This document shows, one piece after another, positions 9,498 through 18,669 of a stretch of DNA of 64,000 bases (positions are counted from its first letter, which is position 1; each line of letters opens with the position of its first letter). Location: the NCBI GenBank assembly GCA_963674705.1, contig OY771506.1:3712001-3776000 (forward strand), written 5' to 3'. This DNA comes from Phycisphaeraceae bacterium (GTDB taxonomy: Bacteria; Planctomycetota; Phycisphaerae; Phycisphaerales; Phycisphaeraceae). The notes under the pieces were generated by a model. That model was not told the origin of the DNA, searched no databases, and saw nothing but the letters and a program-made list of their open reading frames with translations. The position numbers and the translations under genes were made by a program.

Positions 9498-10667
9498 ATG
9501 GTAACAACCGCTACAATGACCCCGAAAGGTTCCACGGCCGCCGCGAAAGGCAACGGGGCCGCAAAGCGAGGATTGACCATGGCCAAATCACAGACAAACA
9601 CCGATAAAACCGACGCCGGCCGCAAGCAGGCACTCGACCGGGCCGTCGCCCAGATTGAGAAGAACTTCGGCAAGGGCTCCATCATGCGGCTGGACGACGA
9701 TCCGGCCAACCTGCCCCCGGGCATCTCCACCGGTTCGATCAGCCTGGATCTGGCGCTGGGCGGCCGGGGCGTCCCCGCAGGGCGTGTCATTGAGGTATTC
9801 GGGCCCGAATCTTCGGGTAAAACGACGCTGAACCTGCACATCATTGCCAGCGTGCAGAAGGCTGGCGGCGTGGCGGCGTTCATAGACGCTGAGCACGCGC
9901 TGGACCCGTCCTGGGCTAAGCGTCTGGGCGTGAATATCGACGACCTGCTGGTCAGTCAGCCGGACACGGGCGAACAGGCCCTGGAAATCTGCGAGCTGCT
10001 GGTCCGCTCCAACGCGGTCGACCTGATCGTGATCGACTCGGTCGCAGCCCTGATCCCCCGTGCGGAAATCGAAGGCGAGATGGGCGACAGCCACGTCGGC
10101 CTCCAGGCCCGGCTGATGAGTCAGGCCCTGCGTAAACTCACCGGCGCGATCAACCAGAGCAAGTGCACCGTCGTCTTCATCAACCAGATCCGCGAGAAGA
10201 TCGGCGTGATGTTCGGCAACCCCGAAACCACCCCCGGCGGCCGGGCCCTGAAGTTCTATTCCTCCATCCGTCTGGATATCCGCCGCACCGGCAGCATCAA
10301 GGAAGGCGACACCGCCGTAGGCAACCGCGTCCGCGTGAAGGTCGTGAAGAACAAGGTCGCTCCGCCGTTCCGTCAAGCCGAGTTCGACATCATGTTCGAC
10401 GAAGGCATCAGCGCCACCGGCGACCTGCTGGACCTGGCTGTCGATACGAATGTGGTGCAGAAGTCCGGCGCATGGTTCAGTTTCAACGAAGTCCGCCTCG
10501 GTCAGGGCCGGGAAAACAGCAAGCAGTTCCTCAAGGATAATCCGGACCTCTTCGAGGAGATCAAGAAGCTGGTCCTGGCGGCGAAGGGCGTGATCGATCC
10601 GAAAGACCCGGCCGCAGGCCTCAGTGATGACGATGAACTGGTCCCCGCCGAGGTCGATGACGAATAA
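9498..10667 (+). CDS. recA: Recombinase RecA
   Basis: [46 protein letters not shown]; start at ATG 9498 (AAGGAG upstream) or 9579. Confidence 0.98.
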   Translation: MVTTATMTPKGSTAAAKGNGAAKRGLTMAKSQTNTDKTDAGRKQALDRAVAQIEKNFGKGSIMRLDDDPANLPPGISTGSISLDLALGGRGVPAGRVIEVFGPESSGKTTLNLHIIASVQKAGGVAAFIDAEHALDPSWAKRLGVNIDDLLVSQPDTGEQALEICELLVRSNAVDLIVIDSVAALIPRAEIEGEMGDSHVGLQARLMSQALRKLTGAINQSKCTVVFINQIREKIGVMFGNPETTPGGRALKFYSSIRLDIRRTGSIKEGDTAVGNRVRVKVVKNKVAPPFRQAEFDIMFDEGISATGDLLDLAVDTNVVQKSGAWFSFNEVRLGQGRENSKQFLKDNPDLFEEIKKLVLAAKGVIDPKDPAAGLSDDDELVPAEVDDE

Positions 10668-10857
10668 TCGCCGCAACGGGATTCAGTAAAAGGCATTAGC
10701 TTGATACAATCGCCGGAATGAGCGATCGGACCATTCAGGTGCCTGCACGCGCCGAAAGGCGGTGCAGATGAATCTCGTTGTATCAGTCTCGCAGATGCGG
10801 CTTTGTTTGGCTCGCTATCGATGGCCTGTGGGCGATGGATCGTCCGTCAATCAGGTT

Positions 10858-11943
10858 ATGGCACACAAGTGTTTCAAGCATCTGTTGTTTTGTGTTTCGT
10901 TGATCGGTTTGATGCTGGCGTGCGTGGGATGCGCAGCATCAGGTTCATCGACAGGGAAATCAACGGCGCTGATATCTGCCCCGGTCCGTTTTGTGACATC
11001 AGATATCGACTGGGAGCCGTACCTGCACGAGGTGGGGATGGTCAGCCATCTGCCGTTAAGTGAGATCAGCGGGATCGAACGCAGCCAAGCGTATCCGGAC
11101 CTCTGGTGGGTGCAAAATGATAGCGGCGATGAGCCACGCATCTTTGGCATCGACCAATCGGGTAAGGTCATCATGCCCGTCTGGCAGGGCGGCAAGTATT
11201 TTGTGGACGTGTCGCCGGCTGATGCGCAAACAAGCGATAACTCAGGAAAGGATCAAGCCGAGCCGGCCAAGCAGCCGTGGTTCGGCGTACGTATCCTGAA
11301 CGCAGCGAACCAGGACTGGGAAGACCTCACGCTGGACGGTGACAAGTTGTACATCGCTGACACCGGGAACAACGGCAACGCCAAGCGCGACCTCGGCATC
11401 TACATCGTCAACGAACCCAATCCCGCCGAGATGGACCAGGGGACTCGGCCGATCACCTTCCTCATGATCGCCTACCCCGATCAGCACGCCTTCCCGCCAG
11501 CACCGCCTGACGATTGGCGATTCGATTGCGAGTCGGTCTTCATCAGCGAAGGCAAGCTCTACTTCCTGACCAAGTATCGGGCCGACTGCCGATTCGATCG
11601 GATCACCACCGGCACGAGCCTGTACCGCCTTGACACACTGCAGCCGGACAAGGTCAACACCTTGACGCTGATCCATCGCGCCGACAACCTGCCGATTACC
11701 CCGACATCAGCGGATGTCTCGCCGGATGGCAGACGCCTGGCGGTGCTCAGCCACGAGGGTATCTGGTTATTCAACAAGCCAGAAAACGGCGATGACTGGT
11801 TAAGCAGCCAGGCGATCCAGATCAAACTCTCGCAGCGGATCAAGCAGGCTGAAGGCGTGTGCTGGGACGATGACGAAACGCTGCGGATCGTCAACGAACA
11901 GCGCGGCGTACTGACACTCGATTTATCGCCATTGAATCCCTAA
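10858..11943 (+). CDS. Probable lipoprotein with a beta-propeller-like fold
   Basis: Lipobox-like LACVGC; motifs EISGI, NDSGD, DWEDL, IADTGNN, DCES, SADVSPDG, QAEGVCW. Confidence 0.7.
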   Translation: MAHKCFKHLLFCVSLIGLMLACVGCAASGSSTGKSTALISAPVRFVTSDIDWEPYLHEVGMVSHLPLSEISGIERSQAYPDLWWVQNDSGDEPRIFGIDQSGKVIMPVWQGGKYFVDVSPADAQTSDNSGKDQAEPAKQPWFGVRILNAANQDWEDLTLDGDKLYIADTGNNGNAKRDLGIYIVNEPNPAEMDQGTRPITFLMIAYPDQHAFPPAPPDDWRFDCESVFISEGKLYFLTKYRADCRFDRITTGTSLYRLDTLQPDKVNTLTLIHRADNLPITPTSADVSPDGRRLAVLSHEGIWLFNKPENGDDWLSSQAIQIKLSQRIKQAEGVCWDDDETLRIVNEQRGVLTLDLSPLNP

Positions 11944-11977
11944 GCTTCAAAGCACAACCTTACATCGGGGAGTAACC

Positions 11978-12556
11978 GTGATTGTAAAGATCGCAAGAGC
12001 CTATCCAAGCATGTGCAGGTGGTTACGCGGTGTTCGTCAAGAACATGCTGCTGAAGCAAAACCGGTTGATAACTTTGGCCATCAGCGTTTGCATTTGTTC
12101 TATCCTGATTCGCTTCTAGCAGCGAGTAAGGTTGTTGTGACCGATCATCTACCCACACCGCCGCTGGAGCAGTGGGGGCTTGGCAGCCTGGGGATGCTAT
12201 CCTCAGATCAGGCGGCCGCGATCACGTTTCTGGATACATTCTTCGTCCGCCCGGGTCATGTGAATGATGAAGCCTTATTCTTTCACGAACTGGTGCATGT
12301 TGTGCAGTGGCGTCTGCTGGGTATGACGCGGTTTTTGCTTCTGTATGCAATCGGATTGGCTGAGCGGGGTTACATGGACAGCCCACTGGAGGCAACCGCT
12401 TTCCGCTTAGGCGATGCGTTCGAAGCCGGCGGTGACAGGTTTGACGCCTATGACAAAGTCACACAAGACACCCGCCAACTGGCTAAGAACTACCGTAGCG
12501 CCAGTCTTGCCAACCGCTTCATATGGGCCGTGACAGCTATCGCCCCCAGGCAGTAA
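11978..12556 (+). CDS. HExxH zincin-like protein (DUF4157-like)
   Basis: AITFLD, LFFHELVHVVQW, downstream PLEATA glutamate. Confidence 0.65.
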   Translation: MIVKIARAYPSMCRWLRGVRQEHAAEAKPVDNFGHQRLHLFYPDSLLAASKVVVTDHLPTPPLEQWGLGSLGMLSSDQAAAITFLDTFFVRPGHVNDEALFFHELVHVVQWRLLGMTRFLLLYAIGLAERGYMDSPLEATAFRLGDAFEAGGDRFDAYDKVTQDTRQLAKNYRSASLANRFIWAVTAIAPRQ

Positions 12557-12614
12557 GCCCTGTGGCAGGACGTATTTCAGAAATCAGGCATTTTCAGCCG
12601 ATCTGAGTTTTGTA

Positions 12615-12869
12615 ATGACCGGACCTGATTACATCGTGGATATTGACGGGATACGCAGCCCGGGCCCGGCTTCCCCGCAGGATCAGGCTTCCAGCCTGCG
12701 CGGCCGACCGTGGCTGGCGATCCAGTGGAAGTGCTGCGGCGTCTACAGCCGTATCTACCGCAACAAGACCGGCACGCTCTACGAAGGCCGCTGCCCGAAG
12801 TGCTCGCGCCCCGTGTCCGTCCGCGTCGGCCCGGGGGGCACGAACCATCGTTTCTTTGAGGCGATGTGA
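12615..12869 (+). CDS. Small zinc-ribbon protein
   Basis: WKCCGVYSRIYRN...GRCPKC...GGTNHRFF; strong coding-like codon bias. Confidence 0.75.
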   Translation: MTGPDYIVDIDGIRSPGPASPQDQASSLRGRPWLAIQWKCCGVYSRIYRNKTGTLYEGRCPKCSRPVSVRVGPGGTNHRFFEAM

Positions 12870-13017
12870 CCCATACATATCTGGTTGTACCTGCTTAGCA
12901 GGCGATCGAAGATCACCGTGTCTGTTTGTTATGCGCTGATCCGGAAACGTGCGGATCTGCGATCCACCGCTAAACAAATTTGCATGAAACCCATAAAGTC
13001 ACACTGCTGATGTGTTG

Positions 13018-15129
13018 TTATTGCACGCCCTGATACCGTTCGCGAATCTTCACGATGCTTTCGGGCAGGCCGACGATGGTGAGTCGATCCGCTTGCTCGA
13101 GGCGTGTATCCCCTCTTGGGATGATGACTTCATCGCCGCGATTGACGACCGCGACAAGGCAGCCATCGGGCAGTTGCATTTCGCGGACAGGTCGGCCGAT
13201 CAGTGCGGCGCTGGGTGTTTCTCTTTCAAGTAACAAGGACATGAACCGCTCTTCATGCAGCAGGATGTGCTTGAGCGCCTGTTCGTTTTCGGTTTCAAGC
13301 CACTGCGGCATAAAGTTCGGATCATCAACGTGCTGGGCGACCTGTGCAAGGATGCGCAGGTGCTGGGCCGCGTCTTCTTCTGGGCTGACAAGGAAGATCA
13401 CAGCGAAGATGGACTGGTCGTGGCCGTGATCGGTGAGATTGTGATCAACGATAACGTGCACGCCGTTGGGCACACGAGCCAACACCATCAACGCGTATTC
13501 CAAACCGGGGATACGTACGTGCGGCAGGGCGGCGCCTTTGGAGACGGGCGTCGCGCCAACGCGTGTGCCTTCAAGGATATTGTCAGCCAGTTGATCCGCG
13601 CTGACCGGCAGATGAATCGACAGCTTCTGCGCCGCCTTGTGAACAAGATCTTCAAACGTGATGTCGCCGTTCTCATTGATCACCGCCGCGCGGGCGACGA
13701 TCTGATCGTAGGGATCATCAACGCGCAGCCCCTTTTCCTTCAGGATGCCGCGCAGTTCGCGATCGAGCCCGGCGTATTGCCGCTGACCCAAACGAGCGAA
13801 CAGGTGATAGATCGCACCGCCACGGACGACCCGGTGGCGTGCGTAGTAGAAGTACCACAGGCAACCAATCACCATCAAACCCACGGAAAACTCGACCGGC
13901 AACGGCCCCATCTGCGCGATGTACCACATCGGCGCCGCAATCCCCAACAGGTGCAGCCACGGGTACCACGGCGAGCGGAAACCCGGATCATACGATTCCA
14001 GGTGGCTCTCCCGCATGACCAGCACGGCCAGGCAATTGAACGCAAACAGCAGCAGGATAAACGCGCTGGCAAGTTTTGCGATCTTTGTCGGATTGAACAC
14101 AAGCAGGCACAACAAAACCGCCAGCGTGGTGAAGATGATCGCGTTGCGTGGTGTCTTGCTGCGATTCAGCTTGCCAAGCGAATCGGGTAAAAGATGGTCA
14201 CGGCTCATCGCTAATGGATAACGTGAAGCGCTGAGGATGCCTGCATTGCCGACGGATAAAAACGCAAGCACGGCCGCAAACGTCATGATAATAGCGCCGG
14301 TGTTGCCGGCCATGACGTTCGCCGCGTCGGCAACCGGCGTAAGGCTCGGGTATTCACCGGCGTATAACTCAGCCGGCGGGAGCAGGCCGACAATGACATA
14401 GGTCCCCAGCCCGTAGACGATCACGGCGGTGAATGTGGCGAGTAATATCCCAAGCGGCAGATTACGCTCCGGGTTCGCTACTTCTTCCGCCACACTGGCG
14501 ACTTTCGTGATCCCCATATAACTGATACACACCATGCCCGATGCGGAAATAATCGGCGTAAATCCACTGGCGAAAAAGTCGGCAAAGTGCTGCTGTTCAT
14601 TGGTATGGATGTGCATCACACCGGCAATGGAAAACCAGACCAACAGGATCAACAGCGCGATAACCAGGAAAGTCTGAAGGATGCCGGACGTGCGCGCTCC
14701 GAAAAGATTGATTACGCCAAACAGTACCGCAAGCACAACCGCGAGCGGTGTCAATGGTAGATTGGGGAAAAATACTTCGATGTAAGCACCGATACCGATC
14801 AGCGCGAACGCGGTCTTGAGCACCAACGAACTCCACGTGCCCATACCGGTGATCGTTCCCGCTAATGGACCGAGGCTGCGATCCAGGAAGTAATACTCGC
14901 CGCCGGCTCGCGGCATCGCGGTCGCAAGTTCGATCTTCGCCAGTATCCCCGGCAGCAAAGGCACGAGTGCGAGCATGTAACTGAGCACCACGGCCGGTCC
15001 CGCTTCTTTCGCGGCCAGACCCGGTAAGAGGAAAAAGCCCGAACTTAGTGTCGCCCCCGTGGCGAGCGTGTAGACATTGAATAACGACAGGGACTTCTTG
15101 AGCTTCTTGGATTCGCTGAGAACAGCCAT
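13018..15129 (-). CDS. APC family permease fused to PTS EIIA and TrkA-C (RCK_C) domains
   Basis: About 12 TM; SSGFFLLPG, ELATAMPRAGG, VAEEVANPERNLP; EIIA GAALPHVR and HLRILAQVA; TrkA-C VNRGDEVIIPRGDTRL. Confidence 0.88.
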   Translation of the reverse strand: MAVLSESKKLKKSLSLFNVYTLATGATLSSGFFLLPGLAAKEAGPAVVLSYMLALVPLLPGILAKIELATAMPRAGGEYYFLDRSLGPLAGTITGMGTWSSLVLKTAFALIGIGAYIEVFFPNLPLTPLAVVLAVLFGVINLFGARTSGILQTFLVIALLILLVWFSIAGVMHIHTNEQQHFADFFASGFTPIISASGMVCISYMGITKVASVAEEVANPERNLPLGILLATFTAVIVYGLGTYVIVGLLPPAELYAGEYPSLTPVADAANVMAGNTGAIIMTFAAVLAFLSVGNAGILSASRYPLAMSRDHLLPDSLGKLNRSKTPRNAIIFTTLAVLLCLLVFNPTKIAKLASAFILLLFAFNCLAVLVMRESHLESYDPGFRSPWYPWLHLLGIAAPMWYIAQMGPLPVEFSVGLMVIGCLWYFYYARHRVVRGGAIYHLFARLGQRQYAGLDRELRGILKEKGLRVDDPYDQIVARAAVINENGDITFEDLVHKAAQKLSIHLPVSADQLADNILEGTRVGATPVSKGAALPHVRIPGLEYALMVLARVPNGVHVIVDHNLTDHGHDQSIFAVIFLVSPEEDAAQHLRILAQVAQHVDDPNFMPQWLETENEQALKHILLHEERFMSLLLERETPSAALIGRPVREMQLPDGCLVAVVNRGDEVIIPRGDTRLEQADRLTIVGLPESIVKIRERYQGVQ

Positions 15130-15197
15130 GTGCCGGACATTCTAACGATGTTTGGCATGTAAAGGCACGGATCGGCTGTGTTTGGGGAAAAGTTTAT

Positions 15198-16862
15198 TTA
15201 TGGCGTGTCAGGGGCTTGATCGGCCTTGGAAGAGTCCGAATTGGCCCATGCGTGGGCGTCGATCAGTACAAGCTGGTCATCGGCTTGCACGACCGCACCG
15301 TCCTTCATGATCTGCTCCAAGACAGGCCCCGACGTGACTTGCCGATCCAGCAAAATCCACTTCACATCGTATGCCTTGATGATCGCTATCCGGTTAGCCT
15401 TATCGGTTGCAGGCGAGAAGAATCGATCGGTTTCTTGCAGGCGTTCGAATTGCTTAAGATCGTCAAAATCGAATTCCAGGTGCAACGCGGAGACGATCCG
15501 CCCGTCGAATGATGGTACGGGCCAGCCCACCAGGGGCTCCGCCAGCACGACATCATCAGGCCCGATGTTCGGCGTGAGAATCGCGTCATACCGCTGCCAG
15601 TTGTGCGGCTGTTTATCTTCCTTGCCAAGTGCCGAGGCTATCCACTTTCGGGCCAGATGGGGTTCACTCAGCGTCAGCCACAGGTTCGGGATCGCAAATG
15701 CAACGACCATGCCCGCAACCACGCATTCAACCAACGCGGTATTCATCACCCCCCGGTTCCGGCTGAATAATTGCTTGATCCGATGCCACCATGTCGCCGG
15801 CGAGATCACGCCGATCTTGTAAAGAAAAACACCGACCGCCGCTTGTGGGAAGATCAAACCCGCAAGCGGGATGCGTGCCAGTGTTGGTGAACCAGCCACC
15901 GACCCTGCACCCGCGATGCACAACAAGCCCAGCGTAGCAAGCAGCGCGGTTCGGAAAAACGGTTGGCCGCGATAAGGTAGCGTCGCCAGCACCGCCAACA
16001 TCGCCGGCAAACACCAGATCAGCAGCATCATCTTGAAGATCGCCGGGTTGAACCAGTACCACTTGTCAGGCGAATGGGTGACGGCATAAATAAAGTCGTA
16101 CTCCGTCCATGTAGACGCCAGAGCAAGTGCAATCAGGCCCGCAATGAACGCGGCAATGGCACGCTTGATGCGATCCCGATCGGAACCGATCGCGGTGACA
16201 AACAGGCCGAACGCGCCCATCACGCCGCTCATCCCATGTGAAAGCACTGACAAGTAGATCAGCCCTGCTGTCAAAAACGAGAACAGAACCAGGCCGATGC
16301 CCTTGGCTCGTACCAGCCAGCCCCACGTAAAAATCATCAACGCCATCGCCAGCGCGGAAGGATTCACCTGATGCCAGGGCAGGTCACTCAGCGCGAAGCT
16401 GTTTGCGTAACCCGGCGGATAGCCATACAAAAAGAGAACCGATAGCAGTACAAGTGGCGCGGCATCCTCTAAGTGGTATCCTCGCAGCCAATACCACACA
16501 GCGATCAGTAACAGCAACGTGTTGAATACCGCCGCGATACTCAGCACATCGTAAGCATCGATCCCTGTCTTACGCACGATCTGGGCAAGTACCAAGGTGT
16601 AAGGCGAGTATCGGATCGTTGGCGCATCCGATGCATAGGTCGGATTGCCGGGCTCCCACATATCCTGGCTCATCGCAAGGACCGCCCGGTGGTGTTCCCA
16701 AGCGTCGGCGTCCAGCTTCTCCGCGCGGTTGCCTGTCAACAACCCGACATAGCAAAGCAGACCGATCGACATTAATACGTACACCGCAAGGGCAAACCTA
16801 TCATGACCGGTAGTCTTGTCTTGATCGGGGCTGGTATTGTCACAGTCCGGCGTATTTGTCAT
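15198..16862 (-). CDS. Polytopic membrane protein, probable GT-C-fold glycosyltransferase
   Basis: Acidic DADAWEH after TM1, about 11 further hydrophobic segments, C-terminal soluble domain (DDVVLAEP, YDVKWILLD). Confidence 0.55.
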   Translation of the reverse strand: MTNTPDCDNTSPDQDKTTGHDRFALAVYVLMSIGLLCYVGLLTGNRAEKLDADAWEHHRAVLAMSQDMWEPGNPTYASDAPTIRYSPYTLVLAQIVRKTGIDAYDVLSIAAVFNTLLLLIAVWYWLRGYHLEDAAPLVLLSVLFLYGYPPGYANSFALSDLPWHQVNPSALAMALMIFTWGWLVRAKGIGLVLFSFLTAGLIYLSVLSHGMSGVMGAFGLFVTAIGSDRDRIKRAIAAFIAGLIALALASTWTEYDFIYAVTHSPDKWYWFNPAIFKMMLLIWCLPAMLAVLATLPYRGQPFFRTALLATLGLLCIAGAGSVAGSPTLARIPLAGLIFPQAAVGVFLYKIGVISPATWWHRIKQLFSRNRGVMNTALVECVVAGMVVAFAIPNLWLTLSEPHLARKWIASALGKEDKQPHNWQRYDAILTPNIGPDDVVLAEPLVGWPVPSFDGRIVSALHLEFDFDDLKQFERLQETDRFFSPATDKANRIAIIKAYDVKWILLDRQVTSGPVLEQIMKDGAVVQADDQLVLIDAHAWANSDSSKADQAPDTP

Positions 16863-16895
16863 GGCGTGAGTGTATCACAGCGACATCGAAAATAC

Positions 16896-18656
16896 TTAGT
16901 GTTCAGATGCCGCCAGGTTGAGTTCAGCCCTGAATTCGGTAGGTGTTTCGGCTGTCAGCACCCGGCTGCGCATGGAAGCATCCTGGAATGTCCGTGCAAA
17001 CATGGCCAGCAATTCAATTTGTGCTTCGTGATCGTTTTCAGGCGTCAGTAACAGCCCAATCAGATGCGCGGGGCTGCCGTCCTGCGCGTCGAAGTCGACG
17101 CCGGCCGTGCTCTTGCCGATCACCATGCAAGGCCTGTTGAGGCTCTCAAGCCGGGCGTGTGGCACCGCCAGGCCGTTAGGCAGACCCGTATGCATGATGC
17201 GTTCCCGGTTGATCGCGGCCTGAGAGATCTTGCCCGCCGACAGGCCGGTGATTTCAGCACCGCGTGCAGCCAGTTCCGTGATGGCTTCTTGAGCTGTGTT
17301 GGCCTTGAGGTTGATCAGGATGTTGCGTTCAGATACGACGTCGGCAAGACGCCTCTGCGTCTTCATCTTCAACACAGCCTGCATCGCCGGGCCGGCAAAC
17401 AGGCTGGTCGTTAGCGCCATGATCACGACCGCGACAAGCAATTCTTCACTGATCAAGCCGGCCTGATACGCAAGCTGACCGAGGATGATGCCGACCGCGC
17501 CTTGGCAGGTCATGCCGAAGGCGGTCGCCATGCTTTCCCGCTTGCCCATCCCCGCAAACTTCGCCCCCAGGTAGCAGCCGCCCGACTTGCCGATAAACGC
17601 CACCAGCAACACGATCACGATGGCAACCGGATCGAAGCTGCTGATGAAGTTGATGCGCAGGCCGATACTCGCGAAAAAGATCGGTGCAAAGAAGTTGGTG
17701 ACAAACTGGTGGATCGTCTCGCGCGTGCGTTCACGGAGCCGGGGCGAGTCACCGATCGCGACACCCGCCACGAACGCCCCGAAGATGGAGTGGATCCCCA
17801 GGTGCTCGGTGAATGCCGCACAAACAATGGCGACTACCGATACAAAGCCCAGCACCCCGCCGGGCCAGCTCCATCGTGACTGAATGTAAGGCAATGCCCG
17901 ATGACACAGCCATCGCCCGATCGTCAGCATCAGCGCAAGGAAGATGAGCGTGAGTGAGATCGTCAGGCCGACAGACATCGACGGGCCTGCTGTTGCGTCG
18001 ACGGGCAGCAGAGCCAGCACGACCGCGAAACCGATCCAGCCGACCAGGTCGTTAAGCATGGCCGAGGAGATGATCAGCATGCCCAGGTCGCTCTTGGCTA
18101 GATTCAAATCCATCAGCACCTTGGCGATGACCGGCAGGGCGGTGATAGATAGTGCGATCCCGACAAAGATCGCAAAAGCAAGCGGCGCCTCAATACCCTT
18201 GTCACCCGCCCCGAGTGTCGTGGGCACCATGTAGGCCAGCGCAAAACCCAGGAGGAACGGGACAGCCACGCCCAGCATGCTGACGAAAGCGGTCGCTTTT
18301 CCCTGCCTTCTCACCGTCGACAGGTCGACCTCCAACCCGACGACAAGCAATAGCAGGATCGCCGATATTTCCACGATCCCGTCAAATGCGATGCGTGTGG
18401 GATTATCCGCCGCGGCCGGGAATAACCAGTCGTAAAAGTGGAAACCTATTGTGGGTTCCAGCACCGGGCTGAGCATACCCAGCACCGTTGGGCCCAGAAC
18501 AACCCCCGCAAGGATTTCCCCCAGCACCATCGGCTGCTTCAACATCCTGGCATATTCACCCAGCAGACGTGCCAGCCCTAGCAGGACGGCCAATGACAGA
18601 AGCAGCACGACCGGGTTACTGCTTTTCGCGACCCCCGCAGCTAATGTAGACATCAT
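16896..18656 (-). CDS. CPA2 cation:proton antiporter fused to a PTS EIIA domain (paralog 2)
   Basis: VLGEILAGVVLGPT, SITALPVIAK, AMLNDLVGW, PIFFASIGL; EIIA TGLPNGLAVPHAR, FDAQDG. Confidence 0.9.
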   Translation of the reverse strand: MMSTLAAGVAKSSNPVVLLLSLAVLLGLARLLGEYARMLKQPMVLGEILAGVVLGPTVLGMLSPVLEPTIGFHFYDWLFPAAADNPTRIAFDGIVEISAILLLLVVGLEVDLSTVRRQGKATAFVSMLGVAVPFLLGFALAYMVPTTLGAGDKGIEAPLAFAIFVGIALSITALPVIAKVLMDLNLAKSDLGMLIISSAMLNDLVGWIGFAVVLALLPVDATAGPSMSVGLTISLTLIFLALMLTIGRWLCHRALPYIQSRWSWPGGVLGFVSVVAIVCAAFTEHLGIHSIFGAFVAGVAIGDSPRLRERTRETIHQFVTNFFAPIFFASIGLRINFISSFDPVAIVIVLLVAFIGKSGGCYLGAKFAGMGKRESMATAFGMTCQGAVGIILGQLAYQAGLISEELLVAVVIMALTTSLFAGPAMQAVLKMKTQRRLADVVSERNILINLKANTAQEAITELAARGAEITGLSAGKISQAAINRERIMHTGLPNGLAVPHARLESLNRPCMVIGKSTAGVDFDAQDGSPAHLIGLLLTPENDHEAQIELLAMFARTFQDASMRSRVLTAETPTEFRAELNLAASEH

Positions 18657-18669
18657 CAAAATAGTTTAC

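Noticed and set aside
9588..10676. 362-aa antisense ORF
   Set aside because: Shadow of recA produced by high-GC codon bias
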